The notes below the pieces were generated by a model. The model did not search any database. It had not been told where the DNA came from and worked only from the letters and a program-made list of their open reading frames with translations. A stretch of DNA of 32,000 nucleotides from Candidatus Saccharimonadota bacterium (GTDB taxonomy: Bacteria > Patescibacteriota > Gracilibacteria > BD1-5 > UBA6164), in contig OY782392.1 in assembly GCA_963677765.1 (NCBI GenBank), positions 930,001-962,000 of the forward strand, given 5' to 3'. Made by a program: the position numbers and the translations under genes. Positions 1-10,759 of this stretch are shown here, one piece after another; the first letter of the stretch is position 1; the number at the start of each line of letters is the position of its first letter.

Positions 1-393
1 AATTTTATAATTTGATGAGTTAAGGATTCAGTTAATGATTCTGTTTCAAAGATTATATATATTTGAAACTCAACAAATAAATGATGAGAAACAACATGAC
101 TTACACAACTTGATTTTTTAAACAAAATAGAGCTGTTTTTATGAAAAAAAGTTGATTATTTTGTTTTAAATAATTCAAAACCTAGTCTTAGTGATGATGA
201 AAAAGAAGTTTTTAAAAATGATATATCTGTAAAATGATGAGATTATTTATTTTTATCAGATATAGAAAGAGAAGAATTATCTAGAAGATGAGTTAATGTA
301 TTAGAAACTGATTTATTGTGAGATAATAAGACTTATAAATATGATAAGAAAAAAATAGTAGAATCATTATCTAAAATAATTTTTAATAAATAA
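1..393 (+). CDS. YvcK/CofD-like (UPF0052 family) protein, C-terminal 130 aa; 5' end lies outside the window
   Basis: Frame 1 is open from base 1 to TAA 391-393 when the many in-frame TGA are read as Gly. The translation ..KIIYIGNSTNKGGETTGLTQLDFLNKI..VDYFVLNN..GVNVLETDLLGDNKTYKYDKKKIVESL resembles, from memory, the C-terminal half of Bacillus YvcK (VYICNVMTQPGETDGY..DYVIVN..HD..KLA). Confidence 0.55.
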
Positions 394-395
394 AT

Positions 396-740
396 ATGTA
401 TATATTTTTGCACAATTCTAGATGTAGTAAATCTAGAGAAGCTCTAAAAATAATGGAAAAATCAAAAAAGAAATATACTCTTAGAGAATATTTAAAAAAT
501 CCATTAGATCTTGATGAATTAATTTCTTTGCAAGAAAAACTTTGATTGAGAGCTATTGAGTTTACAAGAATACAAGAAACAGAATTTAAACAATCAAATT
601 TAACAAAAGAATCTAGTGATATAGAAATACTAAAAGCTATGAGTAAATATCCAAAACTAATGGAAAGAGCTATTGTTTATAACGATAATTCTGCTATAGT
701 ATGTAGACCTGTTGAAAAACTTAATGATTATTTAAAATAA
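396..740 (+). CDS. ArsC-family (glutaredoxin-coupled arsenate-reductase-like) thiol oxidoreductase, 114 aa
   Basis: ATG 396, TAA 738-740, one in-frame TGA at 543-545. The N-terminus MYIFLHNSRCSKSREALKIM matches the ArsC motif HNPxCxxSR. The C-terminal ..PKLMERAIVYNDNSAIVCRPVEKL matches the ArsC-family P.LI.RPIv..g..gRP pattern. A glutaredoxin gene lies 0.5 kb downstream. Confidence 0.75.
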
Positions 741-812
741 TTATAAAAAAATAACTTTGCATTTGCTAGTTATTTTTTTATTATATAGTTAATAAAATTA
801 ATACTTATAAAT

Positions 813-1211
813 ATGAATATATTTTCATGAAATATTACTCTAGATGGTAATAAAAAAATAGACTTAGATTTTGATTATATAGAAAGTATTTCAAAATCTG
901 GGAATAAAATATTATTTGTTTTTTGAGAAACTGAATTAAAAACAAAAAATGAATTAATATCTAGCTTAGAAAAATCTGTTTGAAAGATAATTAACTATGA
1001 TATATCTATTAGTAGTGAATCAAAAATAGATATTTTGAATTCTGCATATGAAGAATGAATTTATGAAATAGCTAGTTTTGAGTGAGAAGAAGTTACTTTT
1101 GATGAAATAGTAGATAGATTTAAAAACTTTGAAGAAGTTATATCTGTAAGAGAATCAGAAATTTCTCAAAAGTTTTGAAATAAAACAATAAAAGTAGATT
1201 TTGTATATTAA
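813..1211 (+). CDS. hypothetical protein, 132 aa
   Basis: ATG 813, TAA 1209-1211, open only if 7 in-frame TGA are read as sense. No motif recognised. Confidence 0.55.
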
Positions 1212-1230
1212 TAATTAAGATAAATAAAAA

Positions 1231-1488
1231 ATGATAAATATAGTATATTCTGATATGTGTCCTTATTGTGATATGGCTAAATCTTTACTTGATTCTCTAT
1301 GAATAGAGTATAATGGTATTGATTATACATGACAATTTGATAAAGTAGTCGAATTAGCATGAGTTACTTGAATGAGAACTATACCTCAAATCTTTAATTG
1401 AGATGTTTCAAGAGAAAATCTTATTTGAGGATATACTGAGTTAAAACAGTTAGTTGATGAATGAAAATTAGAAGATTTATTAAAATAA
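1231..1488 (+). CDS. glutaredoxin, 85 aa (CPYC active site)
   Basis: MINIVYSDMCPYCDMAKSLL..TIPQIFNGDVSRENLIGGYTELKQLVDEGKLEDLLK carries the classic glutaredoxin signatures CPYC, T[VI]PQIF and GG. 7 of its 9 Gly codons are TGA (manual count). Confidence 0.88.
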
Positions 1489-1489
1489 T

Positions 1490-2560
1490 ATGGAGATATA
1501 TATACATATTTGAACAAATTTAGAATATTTCGACCTTTTAAATGAAGGTAATTTACTTTCAAAATGAAAGCAAGACAGAGAGCTTGCTTCTTTTTTCATG
1601 AAAAATTTTCCTTGAGAATTAGCGACAACAATTTCTCCTCAATATGAAGTTAATTCTGTTTGAATAAGAGAAATAAAAAAGAAGTTTTGAGTAGATGCAT
1701 TTAACAAAATAGGAGGGATTTATTATTGAAGTGATAATTGTGAATATTTAACTCCTACAAAAAAAGAAATAGAAGATGCTATAGAAAAATTTCAACTATT
1801 TAATAAAAATTTTCCACCTCATAGAGTCAGAACTTTTACATTGGTTACTCCTTATGTATGAGATAAAATGCTTGACAGATTAGAAGAGTGATTAGAGTAT
1901 TTAAATAATTTAAATATAAAAAATCCTATAGAAATTGTAGTTAATGATTATTGAGTTCTAAATCTTATAAACAAAAAATATACTAATTTGAAACCAATTT
2001 TTTGAAGAATTATTCATAAGATTTTAAAAACTCCATTAATTGATACTTTTTGATATGAAGCTCATCCCGCCTGAGAGCTAATCAAAAATAAACCAGAACA
2101 AGAAAAACTTAGACTTAGAGCTGAAATTGTAAAATGGCAAATGAAATTTTATAATTCTAGTGAAGTTAGTCTTGATTTATATAGAAATTTTTTAAATAAT
2201 TATTCTATATCTAGAGTAGCTCTTGATTATATGCAAAATAGAGAGAATCTTTTTGATAATTCAAGATTTTGAGATATATGAATAGATTTATATTATCCAT
2301 GGGCTATTATTTTTACTGGTAGATTATGTGATACTAGTGCTATAGAAAACCCTAGTAGGTGAATGTATGCTACAGATGATATTTGTCCAAGAACATGTAA
2401 TAGATACGATATTTATTACAAAATAAAAACTAGTTGATATAATATGTTACAAAGATGAAATGCATGATATAGAAGTGAAGTAAATCTTGATTTTTTGAGT
2501 GATGACTTTGTAAAAAACTCCAATAATAGATTAGTTTTTGCTCCCTTTATAACAGTTTAA
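1490..2560 (+). CDS. peptidase U32-like protein, 356 aa (function tentative)
   Basis: ATG 1490 starts 1 nt after the glutaredoxin stop; TAA 2558-2560. VVNDYGVLNLINKKY and IIFTGRLCDTS..DDICPRTCNRYD loosely resemble the U32 patterns (IVqDlG.l.l; HGALC..SGrC...C..C). From-memory similarity only. Confidence 0.45.
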
Positions 2561-2570
2561 TAATAAAAAT

Positions 2571-3854
2571 ATGAGAAAAGATTTGTTACATTTGTGATCA
2601 AATGAATTATCTTATGAAATAAGAGAAATAGTTGAAGTTGCAAAAAAAATAGAAAAAACATGATTAAATATAACTTGGGAAAATATATGAGACCCAGTTT
2701 TAAAATGAGAAGAAATACCAGATTGGTTAAAAAATATAGTTAAAAGTGCTTGTGATTTAGACGAAGTATATTGATATAGTCCAACTAGGTGATTAGATAA
2801 AACTTTGGATTTTCTATGTAGTAGAAATCCAAAACTAAAAAAAGAAAATATTATTTTCTTTAACTGATTATGAGATGCTATAAACAAAGTTTATAGAAAC
2901 TTAGCCTTTGATGCTAGAGTTATTGGTCCAAATCCTGCTTACTCTACTCATAGTTCTGCTGAAGCAAGTCATGCTTGAACAGAACACATAACATATAGAC
3001 TTGATCCAGATAATTGATGGAATCCTGATTTAGATGAATTAGAAAACAAAGTAAAATATAATCCAAATATAGTTGGTATACTTGTTGTTAATCCAGATAA
3101 TCCTACATGAGCTGTATTCAAAAAAGAAATATTAGAGTCTATAGTTGATATAGCTAGAAGATATAATCTTTTTGTTATTTTTGATGAAATATATGAAAAA
3201 CTTATATATGATTCATCTGATAGAGTTTTATTGTCTGATATTATTTGAGAAGTTCCATGAATATCAATGAAATGAATCTCAAAAGAACTTCCTTGGCCAT
3301 GAGCTAGATGTTGATGGATAGAAGTTTATAATAAAACAAAAGATGAAAACTTTTCAAAATATATAGATACTATATTAGCTTCAAAAATGCTAGAAGTATG
3401 TTCAACTACTTTACCTCAATATGTTATACCAGAAGTTTATACTAGCAAAGATTTTGAAAACCATACAAAAGCTAGGTTAGAAAAATACAAGCTAAGATCA
3501 CAAATAGCAAATGATATATTTTCACCACTTAAACAAGTTAAGTTTATAGAACCAAAATGAGCATTTTATTTATCTATAGTATTAAATCTCGATGAATTTG
3601 ATTTGGATTATAAAGCTCAAGTTGATAATCCAGAAATACAATCTTTAATAGATAATGTTATATCAAAATCAAATAGATTTGATAAAAAGTTTTGTTATTC
3701 TATACTTGCAACAAAATGAGTATGTATAGTTCCACTTAGCTGATTTAATTCTAGTTATGATGGTTTTAGAATGACAGTTTTAGAAAATGATATTGAAAAA
3801 TATACTAAAACTCTTGAAACAATAAGAGATTTTATTATAGAAATTTCAAACTAA
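2571..3854 (+). CDS. class I/II PLP-dependent aminotransferase (alanine/aspartate aminotransferase-like), 427 aa
   Basis: ATG 2571, TAA 3852-3854. Motifs VVNPDNPTGAVF, LFVIFDEIYEKLIY and the PLP-lysine block SMKGISKELPWPGARCGW (SK.....G.R.GW). Confidence 0.85.
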
Positions 3855-3887
3855 AAAAAGAAGAAGTTTAATAACTTCTTCTTTTTT
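3853..3887. terminator. bidirectional intrinsic terminator between convergent genes
   Basis: aaaagaagaagtt-taat-aacttcttctttt forms a perfect 13-bp stem flanked by an A-run and a T-run. It sits between the aminotransferase stop (3854) and the minus-strand stop (3886). Confidence 0.7.
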
Positions 3888-4725
3888 ATTGTTGAGATTT
3901 GTATTCAGCTTCATCATATAGTAAATCAAACTCTTTTAATAACTCTGCTCATGTATCTGGTATAACAACATAAGAGTTGTTTATAATAGCATTTTTGTTA
4001 TTTATTAATACATCAAGTAATCTTTTGTTATATTCATTTAAAACATTGTATTCATTTAAGAATTGATTTATAAATATAACATATGTTCTGGCATAATAAT
4101 AATTATTTTGAGTTTCTAAATAATCAGAAATATTATCTATACTTTCATCTGGATTATTTTGTCTAAAATCTGTATCTATTTTTGTTTTTATTTCAGATTT
4201 TCTAGAGTTAGCTTGACTCATAGCTGATTCTAAAACAGTTTTTTGTTCATTTAATTTATTTATTTGTTTTGTTGATATTTCATATCTGTATTCTAGTTGT
4301 TCTATAATTGCTTCGAGCATAGCGGGTTTATCCAAAGCATCTTTTAGTATTTGTTTGAAATCACTTTTTAATATTTCTTTATACTCAGATGTTATAGCCA
4401 TATTTTCAGCTATTATAACATTATTAGCATCGTATTTTGATAATTTTAATTCATCTAGAGAAAATACATCTTTATAAATAGTTGCTGGAATTTCACCTCT
4501 TTGTTTGTATCTTATTCATAGATTTGTTGTTATCGCAACTCATGTTTTTCATATTTCTGATTTTTTTGTACTTGTGAAACTTGATTCTTGTTCTTCTTGG
4601 TTTTGAGTTACTTTATTATCATCATTTTGAGCATTTATAAACAATCATCCAATATTAAAAACACCTACTATTATAGAGGTTAAAGCCAATGTTTTTAATA
4701 GAAATGATTTGTATTGTTTTGTCAT
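3886..4725 (-). CDS. hypothetical N-terminally membrane-anchored protein, 279 aa
   Basis: ATG (minus) 4723-4725, TAA complement at 3886-3888. This extends the 150-aa track ORF in both directions through TGA codons. The N-terminus MTKQYKSFLLKTLALTSIIVGVFNIGGLFI is a signal-anchor-like hydrophobic segment. The rest is helical and polar with no recognised domain. Confidence 0.65.
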
Positions 4726-4856
4726 AACTTTTTAATATTAGTTCTATTTATTTATATTTTAACATAAAAAATTAAAATATTAAAATTTTTTGTTTAGATA
4801 ATTTGATTTTTTTCTATATTTCTTATTATATATTAGATATTATTAATACTTTTATT

Positions 4857-5741
4857 ATGAATAATAAGGCATTCACTCTTGTTGAATTGATAGTTGTTGT
4901 CACTATTTTGGCTATTTTAGGTACTATTTGATTTATATCTTTTACTTGATATACAAGCGAAGCTAGAGATTCTTCTAGAGTATCGGATATGGCTACAATC
5001 AAAAAAGCTATAGAAATATATGAAATAAATAAAAATAAATTACCAGAAATAAGTGATCCAACACCTGTTTACTATAATTGAGAAGTTGTTTTTTATCAAT
5101 GAACTTTTTGATCTAAAACTATAGCTAGTTTAGAGTGACAAATAGGTAATTTCCCAGTAGATCCTCTTACATGAGAACATTATTCTTTTTCTAAAACAAA
5201 TAATTCTAGAGAATATGAATTAGGATGATTTTTTGAAAATGAGAACTATATTTCATTTGTTGAAACAGCAAATGCAGCTTATAAGACAAAAGCAATATTA
5301 AAATGAACATACAATGGTAGGGCTTTATCTATTATAAATTGAACTAACTTACAACTAATAGCTAGTCCTTCTATAACAGTAAATGATTTATCAAGTGATA
5401 ATTTTTCTGATATAGTAGCTTGAAATAAATTTGTTTATGATAAAAAATATAACTTGCCATCTAATTTTTCATCTACAAGTTATGATTTAGCATGATCATG
5501 AGATAAAGTATTTGTTAATCAATCTAGTATAGAATTATACAATTGAGAATTTGATGATTTAAAAAATGATGCTAATAAAATTATATTTTTGGAAAATATG
5601 ATTCAAGCATATGATTCTACAGATTTACAAGATAGTCTTGTTATCTCGTCTTTATTAAGACAAGATACTACTAATACAAGCGAATCATTAAAATATATAA
5701 ATACTTTTTTAGGTCAAAATATATCTGATAAATTAAACTAG
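4857..5741 (+). CDS. type IV pilin / PulG-like pseudopilin with prepilin N-terminal cleavage-methylation motif, 294 aa
   Basis: The N-terminus MNNKAFTLVELIVVVTILAILGTIGFISFTGYTSEARDSSRVSDMATIKKAIEIY is the canonical class III signal (FTLxE plus a hydrophobic helix) with a PulG-like ArD..R..D.....ai..Y continuation. ATG 4857, TAG 5739-5741. Confidence 0.8.
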
Positions 5742-5763
5742 AGTTTTGCTCTAGTTTTTTTGT
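5736..5763 (+). terminator. intrinsic terminator after the pilin gene
   Basis: aactagag-ttttg-ctctagtt stem-loop followed by a T-run (5755-5762). It overlaps the TAG stop. Confidence 0.7.
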
Positions 5764-5824
5764 TTTTTCAAAAAAAATAGTTATACTCCATACTATTGTT
5801 TAAGGTATTAACTAAAATAGATAA

Positions 5825-7942
5825 ATGAGTGAAAAATTATTTGATTTGAAATCAAAATATAAGCCAAGTCCAGATCAGCAAAATGCTATAGATAAACTTA
5901 CTAGCTATATAAATAAATGACACAATTTTCAAACTCTTTGGTGAGTTACTTGAAGTGGTAAAACTTTTACTATGGCAAATATTATAAAAGAGATAAATAA
6001 ACCTACTCTTATAATCGCTCATAATAAAACTTTGGCAGCTCAGTTAGCTCAAGAATTCAAAGAATTTTTCCCAAATAATGCAGTTCATTATTTTGTATCA
6101 TATTATGATTATTATCAGCCAGAAGCTTATGTAGCAAAAACAGATACATATATAGAAAAAGAAGCCACTATAAACGAAGAAATTGATAGATTAAGACATG
6201 CTGCTACTCAAGATTTACTTACTCGTAAAGATGTTGTTATTGTTGCTTCTGTATCTTGTATTTATGGTATAGGGGATATAAGTCTTTATACTGAACAAGT
6301 TTTTGATATAGAAGTTTGAAAAGAATATGTAATGGAAGATTTATTAAAAAGACTTGTAAATTTACAATACAGAAGATCAGCATCAGATTTTAAACCAGGT
6401 CAATTTATGGTTATGGGTGATGTTTTAGAAATATTTCCAGCTAGTCAAGAAACTGTTTTTACAATTGAGTTTTGGTGAGATGAAGTCAGTCAAATAACTA
6501 GTAGAAACTACCTTACATGAGAAATATATGAATACCATAGGGAAGTAACTATATTCCCTGCAAAACATACAGTAACTACAAAAGATAGAATAGAAGAAAT
6601 TGTTCCAGAAATCAAAAAAGAACTAGATGAAAGATTAGAGTTTTTTCAATCAACTTGAGAAGTAGTAAAATTCGAAAGATTAAAAGCAAAAGTAGAGTAT
6701 GATATAGAAATGATGATGGAAGTAGGATATGTAAATGGTATAGAAAACTATTCTAGATACTTAGATGGTAGAAAACCATGAGATTCTCCAGCTACTCTTA
6801 TGGATTATTTTTGAGATGATTACTTGATGCTAGTAGATGAATCACATATGACTTTTAGTCAAATAGGGTGAATGTATGCTTGAGATAGAGCCAGAAAAAC
6901 CAATCTAGTTGAAAACTGATTTAGACTACCTAGTGCTATGGATAATAGACCTTTGAAGTTTGATGAGTTTGAAAACAAAATAAAAAATGTAGTAGCTGTT
7001 TCTGCTACTCCAGGTAAATACGATATACAAAGATCATGTAATAATCCAGATGTTTTTTATGAGTTTGACCCTATAAAAGACTGAGTGTGGAAAGATAGTG
7101 AAGATATAAGAATTGTTCCTCAAATGATGAGACCTACATGACTTTTGGATCCTGAAATTGTTCTGAAACCAATGGAATATATGGTTGATGATATAATGAA
7201 AAATATAAGTGATGTAGTAGAAAAAAATGAAAGAATACTTATTACTACTATTACAAAAAGATCTAGTGAAGAACTAACAGATTATCTATTATCAAATGGT
7301 GTAAAAGTAAAATATTTACATAGTGAAATAGATACTCTAGAAAGACTAGAAACTCTAAAAGAATTAAGAGAATGAAAAATAGATGTTATAGTATGAGTTA
7401 ACTTGCTTAGAGAATGACTTGATTTACCAGAAGTAAGTAAAATATGTATACTTGATGCTGATAAACAAGGTTTCCTTAGAAGTGAATCTTCTCTTATACA
7501 GATTATTTGAAGAGCTGCTAGAAATCAAAATGGTAGAGTATATATGTACTCAGAACAATTAAAAAAGTTTGATCCAGCAAAATATGAACAAGAAGAAGAT
7601 TGATTGTATAGAATAGATAAAGCAAAGCTTTGTAATGATGACTGATTGGTGGTAAGTGAAGCTATGAGAAAAGCTATAAACCTAACTTACTATAGAAGAA
7701 ACCTACAAAAAGAATATAATGAAAAAAATTGAATAACTCCAAAAACAGTATATAGTCAAATAAAAGATATGTGACTAAATACAAATAAAAAAGATTATTC
7801 AAAAGTAGATAAAAAATCAATAACAAAAGAAATCTCTAGACTAGAACTAGAAATGGATATTGCTGCTGCAAATATGGAATACGAAAAAGCTGCCGAAATA
7901 AGAGATCAAATACTAGAATTAAAAAAAGCAAAGAAAAAATAA
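5825..7942 (+). CDS. uvrB: excinuclease ABC subunit B, 705 aa
   Basis: Walker [16 protein letters not shown] (both Gly of GxxGxGKT encoded by TGA at 5942 and 5951), [37 protein letters not shown] and a C-terminal UVR motif [25 protein letters not shown] 5825, TAA 7940-7942. Confidence 0.96.
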
Positions 7943-7959
7943 TTTCTTTGCTTTTTTTG
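7924..7959. terminator. bidirectional intrinsic terminator (uvrB / convergent membrane-protein gene)
   Basis: agcaaagaaa-aaataa-tttctttgct forms a 10-bp stem with an upstream A-run and a downstream T-run. Confidence 0.75.
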
Positions 7960-8415
7960 TTATATAGATAATTGTTGGAACATATATACTAGTCCTCATA
8001 TAATAGGCATTGTTGCAATAGCAAGTCAAAGTACTGTAAAAGTTAGATATTTAGATATTACTTTAGGATCAGTTTTTACTTCTTCTATTTTCTCAATTAT
8101 TTTTTTAAATGCTATATAAGAAACTAATAATAATAAAAATATAGACAAATATTGAGAACTACTAAAAATTAATATAGCTTGTTTTGATATTTCTATATCA
8201 TCTAATGCTTCGATTTGTCCATTTATAATTGCTCAATATATAGAAGGCTCTATTGTAAATACAAACAATAAAATCACTATTACAAATATTTTCATTTTTA
8301 TGATTTTATTTAAATCATTTGTTTCATTTAATTTTTTATGGAAATTGATATAGTTTATTAAAAATAAAACTATAGTAAATATCAAAGGGTAAATTACTAT
8401 TTCGTTTGTATACAT
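7960..8415 (-). CDS. hypothetical multi-pass membrane protein, 151 aa
   Basis: ATG (minus) 8413-8415, TAA complement 7960-7962. Extends the 60-aa track ORF through TGA. Four hydrophobic segments are visible (e.g. IVIYPLIFTIVLFLINYI, IFVIVILLFVFTI, YLSIFLLLLVSYIAF, FTVLGLAIATMPIIGGLV). Confidence 0.6.
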
Positions 8416-8450
8416 ATTTTTTTGTTAAGTTATATTGCTTTAAAATATAC

Positions 8451-8477
8451 TTGTAAATAAACAAAAATCAATATAAT
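8451..8477 (+). promoter_or_regulatory. putative tmRNA promoter
   Basis: A perfect -10 TATAAT lies at 8472-8477, 9 nt upstream of G8487. A TTGTAA -35-like hexamer lies at 8451-8456, giving a 15-nt spacer that is shorter than optimal. Confidence 0.4.
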
Positions 8478-8486
8478 AAAACCACT

Positions 8487-8940
8487 GGGGCTATTTATGG
8501 TTTCTATCGGGAGAATCGTCACGGTTATATGCTATCAGGGAGATGTTTGTGACTTCCTTTAATCAATCATAAACAACAATAAATGCAAAAAATAGAATTG
8601 CAGGTGGTTTAGCTGCATTTAAAAATGCTTTAAACCCATCTTTCGTTGCTGCATAATTAGACAGTACACGAAGTAGCCTTCGCTAAGTCGATGAGTGCCG
8701 ATTGGCCTGCTACACAGTTTATAAAAATCCCCGCTTTTGGAGTTTTATAAACTTATAAATAAAAGCTTTTCATAAAACGGTTTTGATCTAGTCTTGTTTT
8801 TTGAAAATACCAATAGATTGGATTATATTATGAGTTTTTTGTTTGTTTTATTATTCATAATATTACTAAAATAAACTATGATAGTAGATGTGTTTCTCTG
8901 GCCTCCCGAGACATGGGTTCAAATCCCATTAGCTCCACCA
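8487..8940 (+). ncRNA. ssrA: tmRNA (transfer-messenger RNA), about 454 nt
   Basis: The 5' GGGGCTA pairs with the 3' TAGCTCC-ACCA, giving an acceptor stem with a G3:U pair (the alanine identity element). The T-arm is ATGGG-TTCAAAT-CCCAT at 8913-8929 and the sequence ends in CCA. An internal tag ORF ends ..VAA-TAA. Confidence 0.9.
8585..8656 (+). other. tmRNA tag reading frame (AKNRIAGGLAAFKNALNPSFVAA-stop if resumption is at GCA 8585)
   Basis: The frame gca aaa aat aga att gca ggt ggt tta gct gca ttt aaa aat gct tta aac cca tct ttc gtt gct gca taa has a hydrophobic ..FVAA end typical of degradation tags. The resume codon is not certain; GCA 8600 would give an 18-aa tag. Confidence 0.55.
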
Positions 8941-8951
8941 AATGAGATAAA

Positions 8952-8991
8952 AAATGGCACTAATTGAGGTTTTCTCTTATTAGTGCCATTT
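8952..8991 (+). terminator. stem-loop terminator after the tmRNA
   Basis: aaatggcactaat (8952-8964) and attagtgccattt (8979-8991) form a perfect 13-bp stem with a 14-nt loop. The T-tract is weak. Confidence 0.55.
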
Positions 8992-9150
8992 AACTAATAT
9001 AAAATATTTCGACCGAAATCGCATGTTTTAAGGAAAAATAAGATATTTGTATAAAAAATACTGATTCTAAAAATAAAAATGGCTTAAAATATGGAGTTAG
9101 ACCGAGTTCAAATCCTGAAAGGTGTAAAACTATTTTTTAATCACAAAAAT

Positions 9151-10743
9151 ATGTCAGAAGAACAAAAAAGACAACTTGAAAAAAAGCTATGGGATATAGC
9201 TAATGAATTGAGAGGTAAAATGACTGCCGACCAATTCAAAGATTATATTTTATGATTTATTTTTTATAAATATTTATCTGAAAAAATACAACTAAAAGCA
9301 GATAGATTATTAAAAGATTGATGAGTAAATAAAAAATACAATGAACTAAATGAAAAAACTGAATCTGATATAATAGAAGCTATAAAAGATGAAGCTATTG
9401 AAGATTTAGGTTATTTTTTATTGCCTTCTGAACTATTTTGTGAAATGGCTAAAAAATGAAATTCATCTAAAGAAAACTCATGAGATGAAGAAAATATTGT
9501 AAGTAATTTTATTTTAGATGATTTACAAAAAATATTAAGAAATATTGAAGCTTCAACGATGTGAACAGAATCAGAAGATGATTTTGATAATTTATTTGAA
9601 GATTTAGATTTAACTTCTTCAAAACTATGAAATACATCAGAACAAAAAAATAAACTTGTTTCAAAGATATTATGACATCTTCAAGGTATTGATTTTTGAT
9701 TAGAAACAAATGAATCAGATATTTTATGAGATGCTTATGAATATTTAATAGGTCAATTTGCAAGTGGTGCATGAGCGAAAGCATGAGAGTTTTACACACC
9801 TCAACAAGTATCAACTATATTAGCAAAACTTGTAACAAGTTGAAAAAATCAATTAAAATCAGTTTATGACCCTACTTGTGGTTCATGAAGTTTACTTTTA
9901 AGAGTTGCTAAACAAGTAAAACAAGTTTGAGAATTTTTCTGACAAGAATTAAATAGAACAACTTACAATCTTGCAAGAATGAATATGATAATGCATGATG
10001 TAAATTATAGAAAATTTGATATTAAACAAGAAGATACTCTTGAACATCCTCAACATAAAGAAAAAAGGTTTGAAGCTATAGTTGCAAATCCTCCATTTTC
10101 TGCTAAATGGTCAGCAAATCAAACTTTTTTAACTGATGATAGATTTAGTCAATATGGTAAATTAGCACCTAGTTCTAAAGCAGATTTTGCTTTTATTCAA
10201 CATATGATTCATCATTTAGATGATAATGGTATAATGGCTGTTGTTGTTCCTCATGGTGTTTTATTTAGATGAGCTTCTGAATGACACATAAGAAGATATT
10301 TAATAGAAGATAGAAACTATTTAGATGCTGTTATATGATTACCAGCTAATATTTTTTATGGTACTTCAATACCTACTTGTATTTTAGTATTTAAAAAATG
10401 TAGAAAAGCAGATGAAGATATTTTATTTATAGATGCTAGTAATGATTTTGAAAAATGAAGAAATCAAAATAAATTAAGAAAAGAAGATATAGATTTAATA
10501 ATTAATACTTTTAGAGATAGAAAAATTTTAGAAAAATATTCTTATACTGCTAATTTAGATGAAATAAAAGAAAATGACTATAATCTAAATATATCTAGAT
10601 ATGTTGATACTTTTGAAGATGAAGAAGAAATTGATTTAGAACTAGTTACAGAAAAACTTCAAGAAATAGAAAAAAAAAGCAAAGAATTTGATGATAAAAT
10701 TAAAAAATATTGTGATGAGTTAGGAATTAAAAGTCCATTTTAA
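9151..10743 (+). CDS. hsdM: type I restriction-modification system, N6-adenine DNA methyltransferase subunit, 530 aa
   Basis: HsdM-type N-terminus MSEEQKRQLEKKLWDIANELRGKMTADQFKDYILGFIFYKYLSE, the GEFYTPQQV block, motif I YDPTCGSGSLLL and motif IV NPPF at 10087-10098. ATG 9151, TAA 10741-10743. Confidence 0.95.
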
Positions 10744-10759
10744 TTAAATATCAAAAAAT

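Noticed and set aside
1534-1545. A fourth TTCGACC copy (1538-1544) as part of the repeat family flanking the R-M cassette.
   Set aside because: It lies inside the U32-like coding sequence (codons tat ttc gac ctt), far from the cassette and with no extended flank similarity beyond aatatttcgacc. It is probably chance or codon-driven.
5825-7942. UvrB is ~35 aa longer than the E. coli protein, with two extra segments (around ..[29 protein letters not shown].. and ..[33 protein letters not shown]..). These were considered as an intein or mobile insertion.
   Set aside because: The insertions are only ~20-30 aa, lack intein splice-junction or homing-endonuclease motifs, and sit in loop regions. They are most simply lineage-specific loop expansions.
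9090-9125. A possible tRNA gene suggested by GAGTTCAAATCC downstream of the tmRNA.
   Set aside because: There is no complementary T-stem (accgag versus cctgaa), no acceptor stem and no anticodon arm. It is kept only as a possible relic of a tmRNA or tRNA 3' duplication.
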